DNA from: an uncultured Gammaproteobacteria bacterium
Lineage (GTDB): Bacteria > Pseudomonadota > Gammaproteobacteria > SG8-11
NCBI GenBank assembly: GCA_964654485.1
Contig: CAZZJI010000002.1
Span: 57,702 to 121,701, forward strand
DNA length: 64,000 nt
Reading direction: 5' to 3'
Part shown: positions 58,278 through 64,000 of the stretch, one piece after another
How positions within the stretch are numbered: position 1 is the first letter of the stretch
Layout: each line of letters opens with the position of its first letter
Notes under the pieces: generated by a model
The model's input: the letters and a program-made list of their open reading frames with translations, nothing else
Database searches by the model: none
What the model was told of the DNA's origin: nothing
Program-made: the position numbers and the translations under genes

Positions 58278-58495
58278 ATCCTAATTATAAATTTTTTAAT
58301 GTAACCTAATAAAAGGTGCTCTATATAGATATAGATCTAACTAATGATACAACATTCCGGTGTTTTTAAAAAATTAAAAAAGGACCACAAACGCATAGCT
58401 GGACAAAATATGTTATTTCCTCCAATATTGAAACTTTCAGCAGTTACGCGGGTTAAATGATTAATAAATCAGCCATTTTGTACGATAAATTAAAT

Positions 58496-58963
58496 ATGAA
58501 TATATTTCGCCAACTGAATTATCGTCGCTTTGTGATAACGTTATTATTACTGGCGGGGTTATTACCACAAATGCGCACTGTCTTTGCCTGCACACTAATC
58601 GACGGTGTGATTCAATTTAGCTGTTGCTGTGATGAACCAGGTGAAATGAACTGCGATAACTATGTTAACAACAACGGCAATTGTGACAATCACTCCCCTG
58701 CTCTTGCAAAGGAATGTTGCGATATTTCCTACCAGGCGGTTAGCACGTCAATAAACGCGAACACAGTCGGCATTTATATCACGGATGCCCGGATACTCAA
58801 TCTTGATGCTCCCCAACCTCCTCCTGGTGTTGTTCTTAACAACTCTTTTGCCCATTCTTCGACTCCTTTAACAAGCAATGCTGGGTACACTATCATTTCC
58901 GGCATCCAGTCTGCCAAGGCAGGCAAATCAACATATCTGCACACGCGACGTCTTCGCATCTAA
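58496..58963 (+). CDS. Cys-rich secreted protein upstream of cusBA (hypothetical metal-binding accessory)
   Basis: Signal peptide, then CTLIDGVIQFSCCCDEPGEMNCDNYVNNNGNCDNHSPALAKECCD (10 Cys in about 45 aa) and a Pro-rich segment. Start chosen at the internal Met. Confidence 0.4.
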   Translation: MNIFRQLNYRRFVITLLLLAGLLPQMRTVFACTLIDGVIQFSCCCDEPGEMNCDNYVNNNGNCDNHSPALAKECCDISYQAVSTSINANTVGIYITDARILNLDAPQPPPGVVLNNSFAHSSTPLTSNAGYTIISGIQSAKAGKSTYLHTRRLRI

Positions 58964-59068
58964 ACAATACCCTTAAATAATTTCGACACGCTGAACGCGC
59001 AACATGTAATTAATGCATACGCGTTCGGCTCAGTAATTTTATCGCATGTTATTTTTTAAGGTATTGCT

Positions 59069-60619
59069 ATGTTTTTATATTTTCCAATGACAAAATACGT
59101 TTCGTCAGGATTAACTACCACTCCCTTTAATTCTGATAAAACACGCTACCACCAAGCAGGATGTACTGTGTTGACTGCATTTTTTATATTTGGGTTGTTT
59201 GCCATCAGTGGCTGCACTGAACAGAGCAGCAATCCTGACAGCGCTATTTTGAATACACAGGCGAGTACACAGGAAAAACTCGATCCCGCAGGCCCCTATC
59301 GCGTAAAGGTAACCGTAAACCCGGAAAAACCAAAAGTCGGCATTAACCAGGTAAAAATAAAGGTTGAGGATGATAAAGGCAATGCAATCCGTGGCGCGCA
59401 TCTCAAAACTGTTGCAGTAATGCCGTCTATGGGAAGCATGCCAGCAATGTATGCGCCTGCGGAAATGCAAGAAACCAGTCCGGGTGTTTATGAAGGTGAG
59501 TTTGAACCCACCATGAGTGGAGAATGGCCGCTAACAATTGATATTACAACCGAAGCGATGGGACAAGGTAGTATCACCTACGATCTGGCCACGGGTCGCA
59601 AAGGCCTGCGCTGTGCAAATTGTAAAGGTTCTGCTGAATCAATGGCGGAGGATTCCATCCTAGTGGACAACTATCGCCGTCAGTTGATCGGCGTAACGAC
59701 CTCCAAAGTTGAACGGCAAGACCTGGTTAAAAATATTCGTGCGGCTGGCAGCATTAGCTATAACGAGACAGGTCTGGTTGATGTCACACTAAAGTTCAAT
59801 GGTTGGGTAGGCAAGCTCCACGCTAACTATACCGGCATCGCGGTACAAAAGGGAGCCCCGCTATTTACTGTTTACAGTCCTGATTTATTGGCCGCACAGG
59901 AAGAATATCTGGAAACAGCTCGCCGTAACAGACAAAAACCTGCCAATCGAATGTTACAAGCGGCCCATCGAAAATTATTATTGTGGGATTTATCAGAAAA
60001 ACAAATCGCTAAATTGAAAAAAAATGGCAAGGCAGCCGAATACGTTACAATTTTTTCACCGGCCAATGGAATTGTCATTATGAAAAATATCGTCGAGGGA
60101 TCGGCGATCAAAGCCGGTGAACAATTGTTTCGCATCGCGGATCTGTCAACGGTATGGGTTAAAGCTCAAATTTACGATTATGAAATACCACTGGTGAAAA
60201 CCGGCATGCCTGCAAATGTGATCCTGCCGGATCTACAAGACCGTGAGTATGCGGGGCAAATCAGTTACATCTATCCCTATATGCAAGACGACACCCGTAC
60301 CGCCAGTGTGCGACTGGAACTGGACAATGCCGATGGTTTTTTGCGGCCCGATATGTATGCCCATATTCATCTCAAAGCAGTACTTAAAAACCGTTTGCTT
60401 GTGCCGGAGAATGCAGTTTTATATGCAGGTCAAACGCGCGTTGTCTTCGTTGATCTAGGAGAAGGCCGCTTGCAACCACGACGCATTAAAATCGGTGCGC
60501 GTAATCAGCAATACATCGAAGTGCTGGCGGGTCTGGAAAGTGGTGATATGGTTGTGACGTCGGGTAATTTTCTCATTGCTTCTGAAGCGAAGTTAAAAAC
60601 GGGGATGGATCAATGGTAG
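59069..60619 (+). CDS. cusB: RND periplasmic adaptor (CusB family) with extra N-terminal beta-sandwich (FixH/YtkA-like) domain
   Basis: Lipobox ISGC. The N-terminal roughly 150-aa region carries a Met-rich motif (MPSMGSMPAMYAPAEM), followed by the membrane-fusion-protein core. Confidence 0.8.
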   Translation: MFLYFPMTKYVSSGLTTTPFNSDKTRYHQAGCTVLTAFFIFGLFAISGCTEQSSNPDSAILNTQASTQEKLDPAGPYRVKVTVNPEKPKVGINQVKIKVEDDKGNAIRGAHLKTVAVMPSMGSMPAMYAPAEMQETSPGVYEGEFEPTMSGEWPLTIDITTEAMGQGSITYDLATGRKGLRCANCKGSAESMAEDSILVDNYRRQLIGVTTSKVERQDLVKNIRAAGSISYNETGLVDVTLKFNGWVGKLHANYTGIAVQKGAPLFTVYSPDLLAAQEEYLETARRNRQKPANRMLQAAHRKLLLWDLSEKQIAKLKKNGKAAEYVTIFSPANGIVIMKNIVEGSAIKAGEQLFRIADLSTVWVKAQIYDYEIPLVKTGMPANVILPDLQDREYAGQISYIYPYMQDDTRTASVRLELDNADGFLRPDMYAHIHLKAVLKNRLLVPENAVLYAGQTRVVFVDLGEGRLQPRRIKIGARNQQYIEVLAGLESGDMVVTSGNFLIASEAKLKTGMDQW

Positions 60620-63600
60620 ATCCACAGACAACAAATTCTAATTTCCCGAATCCGGTTGAACACAAGACTGGCATTATTGAAAAAATTATAGCGTATTGTG
60701 CACTCAACCGTTTGCTAACGCTGTTACTCATTGTCGCGGCCACCTTTTGGGGTTACCGTGCATTGATCAATACACCACTTGATGCGATTCCTGATTTATC
60801 GGATGTACAGGTGATCGTTTTCACTGAATGGCCGGGGCGCAGTCCTGACCTGGTCGAAGACCAAATTACTTACCCATTAACAACGACCCTGCTGGCCGCA
60901 CCCAATGTTTCCTTTGTGCGCGGGCAGAGTTATATGGGACTGAGTTTTGTCTATGCCATATTCGAAGATGGCACGGATATTTATTGGGCACGTTCGCGCG
61001 TACTGGAATATCTCAACTCCGCGCTGGATAAGCTACCGGACGGCGTACGCCCTACTCTGGGTCCAGATGCCACTGGCGTTGGCTGGGTATATCAATATGC
61101 ATTGGTTGATAAAAGTGGCAATAACAATCTGGCGGATTTACGCTCTCTACAGGATTTCAAACTCCGTTACTGGCTGGAATCAGTCGAGGGTGTCGCCGAA
61201 GTCGCATCGGTTGGCGGTTTCGTTAAAGAATATCAAATCCACGTCGATCCCAACAAGTTGGCCGGTTACGCTATCCCACTAAAAAAAGTCATCGAAGCCG
61301 TTCGCCAGTCAAACAACGATGTCGGTGGACGCGTATTGGAAATTTCCGGGCATGAGCATTTTATACGTGGCCGCGGTTATATCCAATCAGTGCACGAACT
61401 GGATGATATTGTCATCGGTCTTGGCAAAAAGGGCGTTCCGGTGCTGTTAAGCGACGTTGCCGTCATCAGCGAAGGACCTGCTCCGCGCCGCGGTGTTGCG
61501 GAACTCGATGGTGAAGGTGAAACCGTTGGCGGTATAGTGATCATGCGTTACGGTGAAGATGCTTTGGCTGTCATCGACCGGGTCAAACAACGCCTGGATG
61601 AAGTCCGCAATAATCTACCAGAGGGTGTGGAGATCGTCACTGCCTACGACCGTTCTGACCTGATCAAACGTGCGATTGAAACATTAAAAAGCACGCTGAT
61701 CGAAGAAATGATTGTCGTTTCGTTAGTGATCGCTGTATTTTTATTACATTTTCGTTCGGCACTCATTGCCATTCTGACCATACCCGTTGCTATTCTGCTG
61801 GCGTTTATCCCGATGTCTCAACAAGGCCTCACAGCAAACATTATGTCATTAGGTGGCATCGCCGTCGCCATTGGCGCTATGGTGGATGCGTCGATCGTGA
61901 TCATTGAAAACATTCATAAACGGCTCGAACAATGGGAAGAGCAAGGCAAGCATGGTAATCGACAGCAGGTCATCATTACCGCCATGCAGGAGGTAGGCCC
62001 GAGTATTTTTTTCGCATTATTAATTATAACGGTGTCATTCCTACCGGTGTTTGCACTTGAAGGCACCGAGGGCCGTTTGTTTAAACCGCTGGCGTTCACT
62101 AAAACCTACTCCATGGGATTTGCCGCCCTACTGGCGATTACCTTTATCCCGGCTCTGGCCGCATTGTTGATACGCGGGCGTATTCGTGGTGACAAAAGCC
62201 CGTTAAACCGCTGGTTGGTCGCGGCCTATAGCCCCATAGTCAGACTGGCTGTACGCTGGCGTTGGTTTGTCGTCGGCATTTCGGCCGTCGCGTTGCTTGC
62301 CACTGTCCCGGTATTCCTTCAACTGGGCAATGAATTCATGCCTCCATTAAATGAAGGCAGTATTTTGTATATGCCTACGGCAGTGCCGGGTATGTCAGTC
62401 AATGAAGCAGCTAAAGTATTGCAGTCGCAGAACAAAATACTCACTACGTTTCCGGAAGTGGAGCGGGTCTTCGGTAAGATTGGTCGCTCGACCAGCCCGA
62501 CTGACCCAGCACCGTTGTCCATGGTAGAAACAGTGATAACATTAAAACCGAAAAGTCAGTGGCGCGCCGGTCTGAACTGGGACGACCTGATTGCCGAGAT
62601 GGATGAAAAATTGAAATACCCAGGCATGCCCAATGTCTGGTGGATGCCGATACAAACACGAACGGAAATGCTCGCCACCGGCATACGTAGCAGCCTGGGG
62701 ATCAAGGTGTTTGGTGACGATCTGGCGACAATCGAGAAAACCGGTGTCGAAATTGAACGTGCATTGCAAAACGACGATCGTACCAAACAATATACACGTA
62801 GTGCTTTCGCAGAACGCATCACGGGTGGCTATTTCCTTGATTTTAATATCGACCGTAAAAAAATCGCCCGTTATGGCCTGACCATAGCCGATGTTGAGAA
62901 TGTCATAATGGCCGCAATCGGCGGTATCGCCGTATCGGAAACCATAGAAGGCCGTGAACGTTATGCGATTAATCTACGTTATGCGCGCGATTATCGTGAT
63001 AACCCGGAATCACTAAAACGTGTACTGGTGCCCACGCCCACCGGCGCGCAAATCCCGCTGGCGCAATTGGCGAACATTGAATTTGTCAGCGGGCCGCCCA
63101 TGCTACGCAATGAAGATGGTCAATTAGTCGGTTTTGTGTTTGTCGATGTCAACAACAAAATTGGCATCGCCGATTACGTCAACCTGGCACGTGATGTTGT
63201 GAGCGATCAAGTAAACGTTCCAGCCGGGTACCGTCTTGATTGGGCAGGTCAGTTTAAATATTTTGAGCGCGCCAAGGCCAAATTAATGATCGTCGTGCCC
63301 CTCACCTTGTTCATTGTTTTCGTTATGTTGTTTATACATAGAAAGTCAGTGATTGAATCGCTTATTGTATTGTTGGCTGTGCCTTTTTCATTGATCGGTG
63401 CAATATGGCTACTTTATTTTCTCGACTATAACCTCAGCATTGCCGTGTGGGTCGGCATTATTGCACTGGCCGGACTGGACGCAGAAATGGGCTTATTGAT
63501 GATGTTATACCTGGGCATGGTCTATAAACAACGAAAAGCCGCAGGCGAAATAATGTCGATGCAAGACTTAAGCGCGGTCATCGTTGAAGGTGCCGGGCGG

Positions 63601-63858
63601 CGTATTCGGCCCATGTTAATGACCGGTTTGGCCTTACTACTCGGATTGATGCCCATCCTGTGGAGCGACGGTAGCGGCGCTGATGTCATGAAACGTATCG
63701 CGGCACCTATGATAGGCGGCATCGCATCTGCATTATTCACTGTACTCATTTTATTTCCGGCGATATTCGCAATTTGGCGCGAATTTGATTTACGGAAAGT
63801 CAATGAATCGAATCAACTTATTACAAACCAGACTTCGGCCAAAGGAGAGCTAAAATGA
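60613..63858 (+). CDS. cusA: Heavy-metal efflux RND permease (CusA/CzcA family)
   Basis: 1081 aa with the RND N-terminus (…LNRLLTLLLIVAATFWG…) and a Met-containing periplasmic cleft region. Confidence 0.9.
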   Translation: MVDPQTTNSNFPNPVEHKTGIIEKIIAYCALNRLLTLLLIVAATFWGYRALINTPLDAIPDLSDVQVIVFTEWPGRSPDLVEDQITYPLTTTLLAAPNVSFVRGQSYMGLSFVYAIFEDGTDIYWARSRVLEYLNSALDKLPDGVRPTLGPDATGVGWVYQYALVDKSGNNNLADLRSLQDFKLRYWLESVEGVAEVASVGGFVKEYQIHVDPNKLAGYAIPLKKVIEAVRQSNNDVGGRVLEISGHEHFIRGRGYIQSVHELDDIVIGLGKKGVPVLLSDVAVISEGPAPRRGVAELDGEGETVGGIVIMRYGEDALAVIDRVKQRLDEVRNNLPEGVEIVTAYDRSDLIKRAIETLKSTLIEEMIVVSLVIAVFLLHFRSALIAILTIPVAILLAFIPMSQQGLTANIMSLGGIAVAIGAMVDASIVIIENIHKRLEQWEEQGKHGNRQQVIITAMQEVGPSIFFALLIITVSFLPVFALEGTEGRLFKPLAFTKTYSMGFAALLAITFIPALAALLIRGRIRGDKSPLNRWLVAAYSPIVRLAVRWRWFVVGISAVALLATVPVFLQLGNEFMPPLNEGSILYMPTAVPGMSVNEAAKVLQSQNKILTTFPEVERVFGKIGRSTSPTDPAPLSMVETVITLKPKSQWRAGLNWDDLIAEMDEKLKYPGMPNVWWMPIQTRTEMLATGIRSSLGIKVFGDDLATIEKTGVEIERALQNDDRTKQYTRSAFAERITGGYFLDFNIDRKKIARYGLTIADVENVIMAAIGGIAVSETIEGRERYAINLRYARDYRDNPESLKRVLVPTPTGAQIPLAQLANIEFVSGPPMLRNEDGQLVGFVFVDVNNKIGIADYVNLARDVVSDQVNVPAGYRLDWAGQFKYFERAKAKLMIVVPLTLFIVFVMLFIHRKSVIESLIVLLAVPFSLIGAIWLLYFLDYNLSIAVWVGIIALAGLDAEMGLLMMLYLGMVYKQRKAAGEIMSMQDLSAVIVEGAGRRIRPMLMTGLALLLGLMPILWSDGSGADVMKRIAAPMIGGIASALFTVLILFPAIFAIWREFDLRKVNESNQLITNQTSAKGELK

Positions 63859-64000
63859 ACAATCAACTTAAACAACGATCCAGCTATTTATTACAGCATA
63901 TGTGCAAATTACTATTGATAGTCTTTACCGGCTTTTTCGCAAACATAAGCTATTCTTCAGAAGACGGAACTAAACAGATTGAGCAGGGAAAACGTGTTTA
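63855..64000 (+). CDS. Start of secreted protein (partial; runs off the right edge), possibly a third component of the cus system
   Basis: ATGA overlap with cusA. The N-terminal hydrophobic signal-like segment is MNNQLKQRSSYLLQHMCKLLLIVFTGFFANISYSS. Confidence 0.3.
   Translation, partial: MNNQLKQRSSYLLQHMCKLLLIVFTGFFANISYSSEDGTKQIEQGKRV

Noticed and set aside
1-64000. CRISPR arrays, tRNA/rRNA genes, transposases, integrases, phage genes
   Set aside because: No regularly spaced direct repeats were found. No tRNA T-arm/acceptor signatures (GGTTCGAATCC-like) were seen in intergenic regions. No transposase or integrase-like translations appear in the ORF track.

Overview
This is a gene-dense bacterial window, about 42% GC, with the content of a chromosomal proteobacterial region: Na+-NQR with NqrM, a fused CysN/CysC, an Lpp-like lipoprotein and CspA. 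Gene identities, all inferred by eye from the ORF-track translations rather than by search, are as follows.

- **1-7926 (-):** a complete V/A-type ATPase operon in the order G/H-like, C-like, I, K, F, E, A, B and a truncated D.
- **7997-13900 (-):** the hydrogenase maturation genes hypC-A-B-D-F-E, immediately upstream on the same strand.
- **14146-14781 (+):** an outer-membrane beta-barrel protein.
- **14841-19325 (-):** a four-subunit group-3b-like (sulfhydrogenase-type) [NiFe] hydrogenase, ordered beta-gamma-delta-alpha plus its maturation protease.
- **19594-24164:** a DASS anion symporter, small lipoproteins (Slp, an Lpp-like protein) and a LysM L,D-transpeptidase.
- **24341-29106 (-):** NAD salvage (pncB, pncA), Lon and an overlapping Hsp20.
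- **29356-29793 (+):** a Host_attach-family (eRF1-like) protein, divergent from Hsp20.
- **29835-34811 (-):** a five-gene same-strand cluster: secreted PIMT, a fused membrane/spermidine-synthase-like protein with non-canonical motifs, cytoplasmic PIMT, a DUF211-like protein and a VIT-like protein.
- **34873-46599:** YbaK, hemolysin III, an ACP-AMP-ligase-acyltransferase tri-domain protein, nqrABCDEF-nqrM, a CBS protein and CspA.
- **47220-64000:** two heavy-metal RND efflux systems (czcI-like-CBA on the minus strand; a Cys-rich protein plus cusBA on the plus strand), with an ArsR-rhodanese regulator, a fatty-acid hydroxylase-family protein and cysD-cysNC between them.

I found no tRNA/rRNA, CRISPR array, transposase or integrase. 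The best candidates for something undescribed are the hydrogenase-hyp-V-ATPase supercluster and the PIMT/SpdS-like/DUF211/VIT cluster. Smaller items are a 34-aa hydrophobic ORF followed by a perfect 15-bp hairpin, and a GC-rich, structured-looking island in an AT-rich intergenic region.
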